A stretch of DNA of 64,000 nt, from assembly GCA_963842815.1 (NCBI GenBank), contig CAWJHU010000002.1, positions 44,513 to 108,512 on the forward strand. Direction: 5' to 3'. The notes beneath the pieces were generated by a model. It made no database searches and was not told where the DNA came from. It worked only from the letters and a program-made list of their open reading frames with translations. A program made the translations under genes and the position numbers. Positions 38,382-47,848 of this stretch are shown here, piece by piece. The DNA comes from Candidatus Nomurabacteria bacterium (lineage in GTDB: Bacteria > Patescibacteriota > Minisyncoccia > Phycocordibacterales > UBA9973). The number at the start of each line of letters is the position of its first letter. Position 1 is the stretch's first letter.

Positions 38382-38992
38382 TATTGCCTGTTTTTTAGGG
38401 CGTTTTTAAGAGTATCGTTATCGGAATATTCAAGTTCGGTGCCAGTGGAGAGACCTCGGCCCAAAGAAGAAATTTTGATGCTCAAAGGTTCCAGGATGCC
38501 CTTCAATTGATTGCGGACATAGAAATCTGTGTGATTGCCTTGGGGATTCAAAGAAAAAGCCAAAATTATTTCTTTCAGGCCTTTTTCATTTTGTATTTTT
38601 TTAATTAATTCATTGATTCTGATTCTGGAATTCGTATTTTTTTCAACGATGGGCACCAGTCCTCCCAGAATAAAATATTTGCCATTGTAAACTCTACTGG
38701 CATTGATACTTTCCAAATCGGAATCTTTTTCCACCACCATCAAAATAGAAGAATCAACGCTTTTGTCCGCGCAGATCTCACACACTTTTTCTTTTTTATT
38801 TTCGGAAACGAAAAATCTAAAGCAGGAAGAACATTGTAAAGTGTCTTTTCTCAACTCTTTTATCAGTTCGGATAAATCGGAGGTAAAATCCAAATTTTTT
38901 GCCATCAAAAAATAAACAAAACGTTTTGCTTGTCTTTCTCCAATTCCGGGAAACTCTTTAAAAATTTCAGTTAGTTTTTCTATGGTGTTCAT
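38381..38992 (-). CDS. recR: Recombination protein RecR
   Basis: FPGIGERQA.R, C4 zinc finger, Toprim-like domain, G.ELEY.D..TL..AL..R. Confidence 0.93.
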   Translation of the reverse strand: MNTIEKLTEIFKEFPGIGERQAKRFVYFLMAKNLDFTSDLSELIKELRKDTLQCSSCFRFFVSENKKEKVCEICADKSVDSSILMVVEKDSDLESINASRVYNGKYFILGGLVPIVEKNTNSRIRINELIKKIQNEKGLKEIILAFSLNPQGNHTDFYVRNQLKGILEPLSIKISSLGRGLSTGTELEYSDNDTLKNALKNRQ

Positions 38993-38993
38993 T

Positions 38994-40385
38994 TTAGAAT
39001 TCTTCTAGGTCTTCATTTATCTTGGCTGCGGAAAATTCACTTAGACTGCTTTTTTCAAGATTTAGGAAAGTAGTGGTTTTCTCGTCAAAATACAAATCCA
39101 CTTTGCCGGTTGGGCCATTGCGGTGTTTTTCAATTAAAATTTCGGCTATATTTGTTTTTTCGGATTCATCTTTGCCTTTATCTTCCCGATGAATAAACAT
39201 CACCACATCCGCATCCTGTTCAATGGAACCTGAATCACGAAGGTCGGAAAGTCTCGGTTTGCCTCCGCGGGATTCCACGGCGCGGGAAAGTTGGGAAAGG
39301 GCCAGTACCGGCACATCCAGTTCTTTGGCCAAACTTTTTAGTGATCTGGAAATTTCTGTCACTTGATTCACCATAGAATCATAGTTTTTGGAAGTGGTCA
39401 TAAGTTGCAGATAGTCAACGATAACAAGATCCAGTCCTTTTTCCGCTTTTAATCTGCGGGCCAGCGCTTTCATGCGGACGATGGAATTGCCTGGCTGGTC
39501 ATCAATATAAATTTTAGCTTTGGCCAGTTTATCCAACGAATCCCGAAGCTGAGAAAAATCTCGGTCGGAAGACAAGTGTCCGGTGCGCAAGTTCCAGGCA
39601 TTCACCCGGGATTCGGCCGAGAGCATTCTGTCCACCAATTGCTGGGAAGACATTTCCAGAGAAAAAATTAAAACAGATTTGTCGTGGGTAATAGAAGACA
39701 TGCGGGCGATATCAAGGGCAAGAGTAGTTTTTCCCATGGAAGGCCTGGCGGCAATAATAACCAAATCGGATTTTTGTAAACCCGAAAGCGCATTATCCAA
39801 ATCCCGGAAACCGGTTGGCAATCCTCGAAGCATATCTTTGTGCTCGTGTAATTTTTCCAAACGTTCCCAGGCCTCCGGCAAAGCATCTTTCAGGTTTGTA
39901 TATTTTTGACTTTTTGGAGACGAAATTACGCTGAAAATTTTCTTTTCGGCCATATCTAAAATATCATCCATATGGTCATCGCCTTCTTCAAAACCGAGTT
40001 CTGAAACATAATCTGCCGCTTCTATCAAACTTCTCAAAACATATTTTTTTTGCACAATCTCGGCATAATGCTTCACGTTGGTGGAAGAGGGGACAACATT
40101 TACTATTTCCGCCAGATATTGGTTGCCTCCGACTCTATCAAGTTCTTTTCTTTCGCCTAGTTTCGTGGAAAGGGAAAGCATATCTATCGGTTCATTTTTC
40201 AGAGACAAATCCAGCATGGCGCGGAAAATTATTTTATTTTTTTCAACATAAAAAGAATCGGGGTTGATTATATCTTCCACTTCATGCATGGCTTCCTTGC
40301 GAAGCATAATAGACCCGAGCACTGCTTGTTCCGAAGGAATACTTTGAGGAGGAATGCGCAAGTCCTTTTTCTTTACTTTTGCCAT
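38994..40385 (-). CDS. dnaB: Replicative DNA helicase
   Basis: AARPSMGKT, FSLEMS, VDYLQLM, LSQLSR, DLRDSGSIEQDAD, KHRNGPTG. Confidence 0.98.
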   Translation of the reverse strand: MAKVKKKDLRIPPQSIPSEQAVLGSIMLRKEAMHEVEDIINPDSFYVEKNKIIFRAMLDLSLKNEPIDMLSLSTKLGERKELDRVGGNQYLAEIVNVVPSSTNVKHYAEIVQKKYVLRSLIEAADYVSELGFEEGDDHMDDILDMAEKKIFSVISSPKSQKYTNLKDALPEAWERLEKLHEHKDMLRGLPTGFRDLDNALSGLQKSDLVIIAARPSMGKTTLALDIARMSSITHDKSVLIFSLEMSSQQLVDRMLSAESRVNAWNLRTGHLSSDRDFSQLRDSLDKLAKAKIYIDDQPGNSIVRMKALARRLKAEKGLDLVIVDYLQLMTTSKNYDSMVNQVTEISRSLKSLAKELDVPVLALSQLSRAVESRGGKPRLSDLRDSGSIEQDADVVMFIHREDKGKDESEKTNIAEILIEKHRNGPTGKVDLYFDEKTTTFLNLEKSSLSEFSAAKINEDLEEF

Positions 40386-40488
40386 AGGGTTATTCTAGGG
40401 CAGGGTAAAAAAATAGTCAAAGCAAAAAATGCATAAGCCTGTTATTAAAATGGGGACAAGTTTTTGCAAAATGTGCTAATATATTATT

Positions 40489-41436
40489 ATGTCTAAAAAG
40501 GTATTATTATCAGGCGTAAAACCAACCGGTGCCCCGCATATCGGCAATTATTTCGGCGCCATGAAGCAATTTGTGGATTTGCAAAAAGACCATGAAGGCT
40601 ATGTTTTTATCGCCGATTATCACGCCCTGAATTTTGTTCAAAATAAAGAAGAGATGCAGAAAAATATTATCGGAGTTTTGCTTGATTATTTGGCCATTGG
40701 TTTGGACCCTAAAAAATTAACCATATTCAAACAGTCGGACATTTCCGAACATACCGAGCTCGCTTGGATTTTTGATGCCATTACCACCATGCCCTATTTA
40801 ATGCGCGCCCACGCTTTCAAAGATGCGGAAGCGAAAAATAAAGAAATTTGCGTAGGCACTTTTAATTATCCGATGCTCATGGCCGCCGACATTTTGCTTT
40901 ATGGTCCGGATGTCGTGCCTGTGGGAGCTGACCAAAAACAGCATGTGGAAATTGCCCGGGATACGGCTGAAAAATTTAACCGCATTTTCGGCGAGACTTT
41001 TAAATTGCCGGAACCGATGATTATGAAAGATATGGCAGTGGTGCCGGGAACTGATGGCAGAAAAATGTCCAAGAGCTACGGCAATCACATTCCGCTTTTT
41101 GCCGAATACGAAGAAATAAAAAAATGCGTGATGAGTATCGTCACCGATTCGGACGAGGGAATTCCCAAAAATGTTTTTACCATACACAGCTTGCTTCGTC
41201 CGGCTTCGGAACTTTTGCCTATCTATGAGGGTAAGGCAGGCAAGTATAAAGAATTGAAAGAAATGCTGATAGAAGATTTGGAAAAATTTATAGCGCCCAT
41301 GCGGGAGAGACGAAAAGAATTCGCCAAAGATATTCCGAAAGCTCTGAAGATTTTGAAAGCAGGTAGTGAAAAGGTAAAAAAAGTGGCTTCAATAAAAATG
41401 AAAGAAGTGCGGGGAAAAATCGGAGTCAGTTTTTAG
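40489..41436 (+). CDS. trpS: Tryptophan--tRNA ligase
   Basis: SG.KPTG..HIGNYFGA, YP.LMAADIL, VPVG.DQ.QH, KMSKS. Confidence 0.97.
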   Translation: MSKKVLLSGVKPTGAPHIGNYFGAMKQFVDLQKDHEGYVFIADYHALNFVQNKEEMQKNIIGVLLDYLAIGLDPKKLTIFKQSDISEHTELAWIFDAITTMPYLMRAHAFKDAEAKNKEICVGTFNYPMLMAADILLYGPDVVPVGADQKQHVEIARDTAEKFNRIFGETFKLPEPMIMKDMAVVPGTDGRKMSKSYGNHIPLFAEYEEIKKCVMSIVTDSDEGIPKNVFTIHSLLRPASELLPIYEGKAGKYKELKEMLIEDLEKFIAPMRERRKEFAKDIPKALKILKAGSEKVKKVASIKMKEVRGKIGVSF

Positions 41437-41514
41437 CTTCATATTGTCAATCACTTAAATATATGCTATTCTAAGGGGCAACTAACAGTTGTCCTTTTAT
41501 TTTTAGGAGAGTAT

Positions 41515-41658
41515 ATGCCGGAAGAAAAAGTTGCGAAAAAAGAGGATTTTGGTAAAAACAAAATCTCTGGGAAAGGAATGTATTTCCCAGTGAAAATGGC
41601 TCTGCTAAAAAAACAGCAAGCCGAAAAGGCAAAAGAGGAAGAAAAACAGCGAAAGTAA
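41515..41658 (+). CDS. Small Lys/Glu-rich hypothetical protein (47 aa)
   Basis: AGGAG SD then MPEEKVAKKEDFGKNKISGKGMYFPVKMALLKKQQAEKAKEEEKQRK; candidate promoter upstream. Confidence 0.5.
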   Translation: MPEEKVAKKEDFGKNKISGKGMYFPVKMALLKKQQAEKAKEEEKQRK

Positions 41659-41713
41659 TTATTTAGTTACTTCCTCGCTGTTTTTTTTGGTTAGCCTATG
41701 ATAAAATAATAGG

Positions 41714-43054
41714 ATGCAAAACAGAGTTTATATAAAAGATTTAAAAGACAATATCGGCAAAGAAATAATTATCGCCGGCTGGGTGAATATTAGGCGTGAC
41801 CAGGGGAAAATGGTGTTTTTTGATATGCGCGATATGACGGGTCTGGTGCAATGTGTCACTTTGCCTTCCCATACGGAAGCCATAGAAAAAGCGAAAGAAA
41901 TTCGTCCGGAATGGGTTTTGAAAATTACCGGCATTGTGAACAAGCGCCCGGATAAAAATATAAAAACCGACGTTCTGAACGGCAGTGTTGAGCTGGAAGT
42001 CACGGGAATAGAAATTATTACTAAAGCCAATGAATTGCCTTTTGCCTTGGATGCCGACCTCAACATAGACACCTTACTTGATTACAGGCCACTCACTTTA
42101 CGTCGTGACAGGGAACAGGCAATTTTTAAAGTTCAGAATGTTATTCTAAAATCATTTAGAGAATTTTTACTGAATGAAAAGTTTACGGAGTTTCGCGCGC
42201 CACTTATAGTTGGCGACGATGCAGAAGGAGGAACAGAAGTTTTTAAATTTGAATATTTTTATGAAAAAATGGCATGTCTTGCCACCAGCCCGCAATTATA
42301 TAAACAAATAATGGTTGGAGTTTTTGAAAGAGTTTTTACGGTTACAAATGTATTTCGCGCGGAAAAGCATTCTACCACCAGACATTTGAATGAATACACT
42401 TCTTTAGACTTGGAAATGGGTTTTATTGACGGTCCGGAAGATGTTATGAAATTAGAAACTCGCCTTTTGAGGTATATGACAAACAAATTAAAAGAAGAGT
42501 GTGCGGAAGAGTTTAAATTGCTTGGAGCAGAATTTCCTCTTTTGCCAGAGGGCGAAATGTTTCCAAAAATGAAACTGACTGATGCCCAAAAATTGATTTC
42601 AAAATCAACTGGGGTTGATTGTACCAAAGAACCAGACCTTGACCCGGAACATGAACGCTGGCTTTCCGAATATGCTAAAAAAGAATTTAATTCAGACTTT
42701 ATTTTTATAACTAATTATCCGCGAACTAAAAGGCCGTTTTATGCCATGGATGATCCGGAAGTAGAAGGTAGGACAAAATGTTATGACCTATTATTCAAAG
42801 GGTTGGAATTACTTTCAGGGAACCAAAGGGAACATCGCTATGATGTTTTAGTGGAAAAAATGAAATGGAAAGGACTTGATCCCGAAAAATTCAGTTTTTA
42901 TCTTCAGGCTTTCAAATACGGCATGCCTCCGCACGGAGGACTGGCCATGGGACTTGAACGTTTAACTGCGCGTTTCCTCAATATTCCAAACATTAAAGAA
43001 GCCACGCTTTTCCCTCGCGATATCAATCGCATAGACAAAAGGCTCTCGGAATAA
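41714..43054 (+). CDS. aspS: Aspartate--tRNA(Asp/Asn) ligase, short archaeal-type
   Basis: OB fold, EGG...F, SPQLYKQ, FRAE...T.RHLNEY, GMPPHGG...GLER, FPRD; no GAD insertion. Confidence 0.92.
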   Translation: MQNRVYIKDLKDNIGKEIIIAGWVNIRRDQGKMVFFDMRDMTGLVQCVTLPSHTEAIEKAKEIRPEWVLKITGIVNKRPDKNIKTDVLNGSVELEVTGIEIITKANELPFALDADLNIDTLLDYRPLTLRRDREQAIFKVQNVILKSFREFLLNEKFTEFRAPLIVGDDAEGGTEVFKFEYFYEKMACLATSPQLYKQIMVGVFERVFTVTNVFRAEKHSTTRHLNEYTSLDLEMGFIDGPEDVMKLETRLLRYMTNKLKEECAEEFKLLGAEFPLLPEGEMFPKMKLTDAQKLISKSTGVDCTKEPDLDPEHERWLSEYAKKEFNSDFIFITNYPRTKRPFYAMDDPEVEGRTKCYDLLFKGLELLSGNQREHRYDVLVEKMKWKGLDPEKFSFYLQAFKYGMPPHGGLAMGLERLTARFLNIPNIKEATLFPRDINRIDKRLSE

Positions 43055-43057
43055 AAT

Positions 43058-43294
43058 ATGAACGGTTGGACAATAGATGAAAAGAAGCAAAAAATTTTCA
43101 AAGAATATAAATTCAAGGATTTTATCGGCGCCATAAATTTTGTAAATAGAATTTCCGAGATAGCGGAAGAAGAGGGGCACCATCCCGACATTCATATTTT
43201 TTATAACAAAGTCCTTCTGGAACTCTCCACGCATTCCGCTGGAGGTCTTACTGAAAAAGATTTTGCTCTAGCTGAAAAAATAGATGAAATTTAA
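43058..43294 (+). CDS. Pterin-4a-carbinolamine dehydratase family
   Basis: F.DF..A..FV..I...AE..GHHPDI, L.TH..GGLT.KDF.LA..ID. Confidence 0.93.
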   Translation: MNGWTIDEKKQKIFKEYKFKDFIGAINFVNRISEIAEEEGHHPDIHIFYNKVLLELSTHSAGGLTEKDFALAEKIDEI

Positions 43295-43339
43295 TAGATA
43301 AAATCTTTACTTTGCCTATTTTTAGAGTATAGTATAAAT

Positions 43340-44725
43340 ATGAAAATTACTTTTTTAAACAGTCAAAAAGAAGCAAAAAAAGATACGCTTTTTGTGTCTG
43401 TTAGCCCTAAAAATAAGGATGAAATAGTGAAAGAAAATGGTGTCAAAACACTCTTTTTGAAATGCGATGAATTGGGGAAAATGAATTTAAGAAAGCTTTT
43501 TTTGCTTGTACGTAAAATGATTATTTTAGCCAAAGGCGTAAAGGCAGAAAAAATAGGTTTTGATTTTAAGGATTTCAAATTCAAGGGCGCAAAAATTTCC
43601 GACGAAGAACTCGGTGAAATTATCGGTACCCAGCTTGATTTTGCAAATTATGAGTTTACAGAATACAAAACACCGACCGAAGAAGGTTTTGCCGATATAA
43701 AAGAAGTAATTATTTCTGCTTGCCCTGAGCGAAGTCGAAGGGGAATTTTGAAAGGAGATATTATTGCTCAGGAAGTAAACAAAACTCGCTCACTGGCAAA
43801 TGCCCCGGGCGGAGACATGACTCCGCAGATTTTGGCAAGAAAAGCGCAGGAAGCGGTGAAAGGTTTACCGGTGAAAGTCACGGTGCTGGGCGAAAAGGAA
43901 ATGGAAAAGCAAAATATGCGGGCGATACTTTCCGTCGGACGCGGTTCGGATGAAGAATCCAAATTTATTATTATGGAATATGTAGGAGACAAGAAAAATG
44001 AAAAACCTATTGTTCTCGTCGGCAAAGGCGTTACTTTTGATTCAGGTGGCATAAATCTAAAACCTTCACGCAGTCTTCTCGGTATGAATATGGATATGTC
44101 CGGAGGCGCAGCCGTCATCCATACTATTGCGCTCGTTGCCAAAATGAAATTAAAAAAAAATGTGATTGGTCTGATTCCTTCGGTTGAAAATATGCCGTCG
44201 GGGAAAAGTTATAGGCCGGGAGATGTTATTCGTTCAATGTCGGGCAAGACTATTGAAGTGTTGAATACCGACGCTGAAGGCAGGATTATTTTAGCCGATG
44301 CGCTGACTTATTCTCAAAAATATAAACCGGAAGTGGTGATAGATATTGCTACTTTGACCGGGGCAGCTTGTGTTGCTTTGGGAGAGAGAGCAACAGCGAT
44401 TTTTACCGAAGATGATAATTTGTCAAAAAAAATAGAAAAAATAGGAGAGGAAACAGGGGATTATCTCTGGCGCTTGCCTTTATGGGAAGAATATGAAAAT
44501 GAAATAAAAGGGTCACTTGGCGATTGGACAAATATTAACAATAAAGATTCCGGCTATGGCGGAGCGATTTATGCCGCTGTTTTCTTGCATCAATTCATCA
44601 AAAACCATAAATGGGTTCATTTAGACATTGCCCCTCGTATGACCTCCATCCCAAGCGAAAACCTCGCCTCCAGCGCTCTTGGCACGCCTGTAAGGCTTTT
44701 GTATAAGTTTATTGAAGAGTATTAA
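43340..44725 (+). CDS. pepA: Leucyl aminopeptidase (M17)
   Basis: VGKGVTFDSGG..LK, DM.G.A, NTDAEGR..LAD, ATLTGA, HLDIA. Confidence 0.95.
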   Translation: MKITFLNSQKEAKKDTLFVSVSPKNKDEIVKENGVKTLFLKCDELGKMNLRKLFLLVRKMIILAKGVKAEKIGFDFKDFKFKGAKISDEELGEIIGTQLDFANYEFTEYKTPTEEGFADIKEVIISACPERSRRGILKGDIIAQEVNKTRSLANAPGGDMTPQILARKAQEAVKGLPVKVTVLGEKEMEKQNMRAILSVGRGSDEESKFIIMEYVGDKKNEKPIVLVGKGVTFDSGGINLKPSRSLLGMNMDMSGGAAVIHTIALVAKMKLKKNVIGLIPSVENMPSGKSYRPGDVIRSMSGKTIEVLNTDAEGRIILADALTYSQKYKPEVVIDIATLTGAACVALGERATAIFTEDDNLSKKIEKIGEETGDYLWRLPLWEEYENEIKGSLGDWTNINNKDSGYGGAIYAAVFLHQFIKNHKWVHLDIAPRMTSIPSENLASSALGTPVRLLYKFIEEY

Positions 44726-44750
44726 ATAAATGTCCCGTTAGAGATTACCT

Positions 44751-44975
44751 ATGTATTACATTCACGTAAAAACTACGGCGGGGGCGAGAAAGGAATCTTT
44801 GAAGCAAAAATCCGAGAATCATTTTGAGATTTCGGTTAAAGAAAAAGCCGAGCACAACCTCGCCAACAGGCGAGTACTGGAGCTCCTTTCTCTTCATTTC
44901 AAGCTCCCAACCTCCCAAATCCGCATTGTTAACGGTCACCATAGTCCGAGTAAATTACTTGTGGTAGAGGATTAA
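44751..44975 (+). CDS. DUF167/YggU family protein
   Basis: I.VK..A...AN......L..HF......I.IV.G..S..K. Confidence 0.8.
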   Translation: MYYIHVKTTAGARKESLKQKSENHFEISVKEKAEHNLANRRVLELLSLHFKLPTSQIRIVNGHHSPSKLLVVED

Positions 44976-44994
44976 AAATGGCATAATTAATTTT

Positions 44995-45342
44995 ATGGCT
45001 GATACAAAGAAATTACTCAAACAAATTATTGATTTCCGAAATGCCAGGGATTGGAAACAATTTCACAATCCGAAAGATTTGGCTATTTCTTTATCTCTTG
45101 AAGCTTCTGAAGTTTTAGAACACTTTCAGTGGAAATCAAAAGAAGAAATTGAAGAATATATAAAAACTTATAAAGATCATATAGGTGAGGAACTCATGGA
45201 TGTGCTTTATTGGGTGCTTCTTTTATCTAATGACATAAATATTGATATTGAGAAAGCATTTACAGCGAAAATGAAAAAGAACGCAGAAAAATATTCAGTA
45301 AAAAAATCAAAAGGAAAGCATACAAAATATAATAAACTTTAA
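44995..45342 (+). CDS. MazG-like nucleotide pyrophosphohydrolase
   Basis: FR..RDWKQFHNPKDLAISLSLEASE.LE.FQW, EEL.DV, K..KN..KY. Confidence 0.92.
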   Translation: MADTKKLLKQIIDFRNARDWKQFHNPKDLAISLSLEASEVLEHFQWKSKEEIEEYIKTYKDHIGEELMDVLYWVLLLSNDINIDIEKAFTAKMKKNAEKYSVKKSKGKHTKYNKL

Positions 45343-45344
45343 GC

Positions 45345-47663
45345 ATGATAGTTTATCAAACAAATAAAGATGGATTTTTAAATGATGTGTCCAATGGATG
45401 TATTGAAGATATTATTAGAGAATCTGTTAAACAAAAGCTTAATAAAAATGTTGGTAAAAATGAATACATCTCATGGAAAAACTCCCTTGGGTCAATGTAT
45501 CATGTTATTAATTCAGAATTAATTCCCAACAATTCTGGAATTGCTATCGAATATTCTATTCCTAGAACCAAAAATAGAATAGATTTTATTATTACTGGAC
45601 AAGACGAAAATTATAAAGATAAAGTTATTATAATTGAACTAAAACAGTGGACCGATATCCAAATGACTGATAAAGATGCAATGGTTTTGACCCGTTTTCA
45701 ACAGGGATTAAGTGAAGAATTACATCCTTCATATCAAGCATGGTCTTATTCTTCATTATTACTTGGTTTTAACGCAACTGTATATAATGAAAATATAGGG
45801 TTAGAACCTTGTGCTTATTTACATAATCACATAGATGATGATGTCATAAAAAATTCTTTTTATGAGGATTATATAAAAAAAGCACCAGTTTTTTGTAAAG
45901 GTGAAAAAGAAAAACTTCAAGATTTTATTTCTAAATTTATAAAACATGGAGACAAAACAAATATAATGTATCGTATTGATAATGGAGAAATTCGTCCATC
46001 TAAAAATCTTGCAGATAGTTTGGTTTCAATGATAAAAGGAAATCAAGAATTTATCATGATTGATGAACAGAAAATTGTATATGAAACAGCCCTTGCTTTT
46101 GCTAAGAAATCTAGTAAAGATAACAAAAATATTTTAATAGTAGAGGGTGGTCCAGGAACTGGTAAATCTGTGGTTGCCGTTAATTTACTTGTTGCGATAA
46201 CAAAACTTGGACTTAATACTCAATATGTCACAAAAAACTCAGCCCCGCGTGCGGTTTTTGAGAGTAAACTCACTGGAACATTAAAGAAAACTAATATTTC
46301 AAATATGTTTACAGGTTCTGGATCTTATGTGGATTGTGATTCTAATATTTTTGATTCTCTTATTGTTGACGAGGCCCATAGATTGAATAAAAAATCCGGA
46401 ATGTTTAAAAATATTGGAGAAAATCAAATTAAAGAGATAATAGAAGCTTCAAAATCATCAGTATTTTTTATTGACGAAGATCAAAAAGTTACATGGCATG
46501 ATATTGGAGAAAAAGAAGAAATTGAAAGATGGGCAAAGAAAATTGGTGCAAAAACTCATAATTTAAAATTGGGATCACAATTTCGCTGTAATGGGTCAGA
46601 TGGATACCTTTCTTGGGTTGATGACGTACTTCAAATCCAAGAAACAGCGAACACAACCCTTGAAGGTACGAAATATGATTTTAAAATTGTGGATTCACCA
46701 AATGAACTTAGAGATTTGATTTTTGAGAAAAATAAAATAAATAATAAGGCTAGATTGGTTGCTGGCTATTGTTGGAATTGGATAAGTAAAAAAAATAAGA
46801 ACTTGAATGATATTGTTATTCCAGAATATAATTTTGAAATGAAATGGAATCTTGCAAGTGATGGTAATTTATGGATTATGGCGCCTGAATCTGTTAATGA
46901 GATTGGTTGTATCCATACTTGCCAAGGACTTGAGGTTGATTATATTGGTGTAATAATTGGCTTAGATTTAATTGTTCGAGATGGGAAAATTATTACATCT
47001 CCCAAAAAACGTGCAAAAACTGATGCATCACTTAAAGGGTATTTAAAAGATTTTAAGCTTAATCCAGAAATGGCAAATAAAAAAGCTGACTCAATAATTA
47101 AAAATACTTATCGTACACTCATGACTCGTGGCATGAAAGGTTGTTATGTATATTTTACGGATAAGGAAACTGAAAAATATTTTAAGAAAAGACTTGGTAG
47201 TATCATCTCTCCAATAAAATTACCTATCTTAAAAGAAAAAATAATATCACCATATAGAGAAATGATAAATATTCCACTATATGAATCTGTTGGGTGTGGA
47301 GAGTTAATGATTGCAGATCCAAATATTCAAGAAATGATTCCAGTCAGAAAAGAGTATATGTCAAAAGGGTCAAAATATTTTGTTTTAAGAACAAAAGGTG
47401 ATTCTATGAATAAAGCTGGAATAAATGATGGCGATTTAGTTTTATGTGTTAAAAATTATCGCCCAGAAGAAGGGAAAAAGGTAGTAGCGCTTATAGGCGA
47501 TGATGCTACAATAAAGGAATATCGTATGGAAAATGGTTATGTAGTTTTAAAACCTTGTTCTAACAATCCTATTCATAAACCATTAAAATTCTCGACAAAC
47601 GAAGAGGTAAAAATACAAGGGGTGGTCATTAGGGTTTTAGATAAAGGTGAGGCAGACAAATAA
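45345..47663 (+). CDS. DUF2075 (Schlafen-group-3-like) nuclease-helicase fused to a C-terminal LexA/UmuD-type S24 peptidase
   Basis: RIDF...IIELKQW, GGPGTGKS, VDEAH, QFRC.GS, GCIHTCQGLE.DY, Y..LMTRG; then IPL...VGCG, GDSM, ATIK. Confidence 0.85.
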   Translation: MIVYQTNKDGFLNDVSNGCIEDIIRESVKQKLNKNVGKNEYISWKNSLGSMYHVINSELIPNNSGIAIEYSIPRTKNRIDFIITGQDENYKDKVIIIELKQWTDIQMTDKDAMVLTRFQQGLSEELHPSYQAWSYSSLLLGFNATVYNENIGLEPCAYLHNHIDDDVIKNSFYEDYIKKAPVFCKGEKEKLQDFISKFIKHGDKTNIMYRIDNGEIRPSKNLADSLVSMIKGNQEFIMIDEQKIVYETALAFAKKSSKDNKNILIVEGGPGTGKSVVAVNLLVAITKLGLNTQYVTKNSAPRAVFESKLTGTLKKTNISNMFTGSGSYVDCDSNIFDSLIVDEAHRLNKKSGMFKNIGENQIKEIIEASKSSVFFIDEDQKVTWHDIGEKEEIERWAKKIGAKTHNLKLGSQFRCNGSDGYLSWVDDVLQIQETANTTLEGTKYDFKIVDSPNELRDLIFEKNKINNKARLVAGYCWNWISKKNKNLNDIVIPEYNFEMKWNLASDGNLWIMAPESVNEIGCIHTCQGLEVDYIGVIIGLDLIVRDGKIITSPKKRAKTDASLKGYLKDFKLNPEMANKKADSIIKNTYRTLMTRGMKGCYVYFTDKETEKYFKKRLGSIISPIKLPILKEKIISPYREMINIPLYESVGCGELMIADPNIQEMIPVRKEYMSKGSKYFVLRTKGDSMNKAGINDGDLVLCVKNYRPEEGKKVVALIGDDATIKEYRMENGYVVLKPCSNNPIHKPLKFSTNEEVKIQGVVIRVLDKGEADK

Positions 47664-47721
47664 ACCTATAAAATAAGGCTTTTATATAAATTTATAGAGA
47701 GAAATATTAGTAAAAATTAAG

Positions 47722-47764
47722 TTATCCACAGTTCATTGCATTTTCATTTATTGTGGTGTACAAT
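47722..47764 (+). promoter_or_regulatory. DnaA-box-like TTATCCACA plus sigma70 promoter (TTGCAT-17-TACAAT)
   Basis: ttatccaca 47722-47730; -35 at 47736-47741; -10 at 47759-47764; no downstream plus-strand ORF. Confidence 0.55.
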
Positions 47765-47770
47765 ATCATA

Positions 47771-47848
47771 ATGTAAATAACGGGTGTAGGTTTCTTGTCT
47801 ATGACCCGCGAAGATTAGACCTTCCTTTATTGGGAGGTCTTTTCTTTT
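47771..47848 (+). ncRNA. Candidate small RNA convergent with the DUF3800-like gene
   Basis: Promoter, hairpin cgggtgtagg...ctatgacccg, then terminator agaccttcc-tttat-tgggaggtct-tttctttt. Confidence 0.45.

Noticed and set aside
38994-40385. YIDD tetrapeptide as a possible RT YxDD motif
   Set aside because: It lies within the standard DnaB IYIDD motif; the protein is an uninterrupted DnaB with no intein.
47722-47730. Replication origin suggested by a perfect DnaA box
   Set aside because: Only one box was seen in this intergenic region, with no box cluster or dnaA/dnaN nearby.
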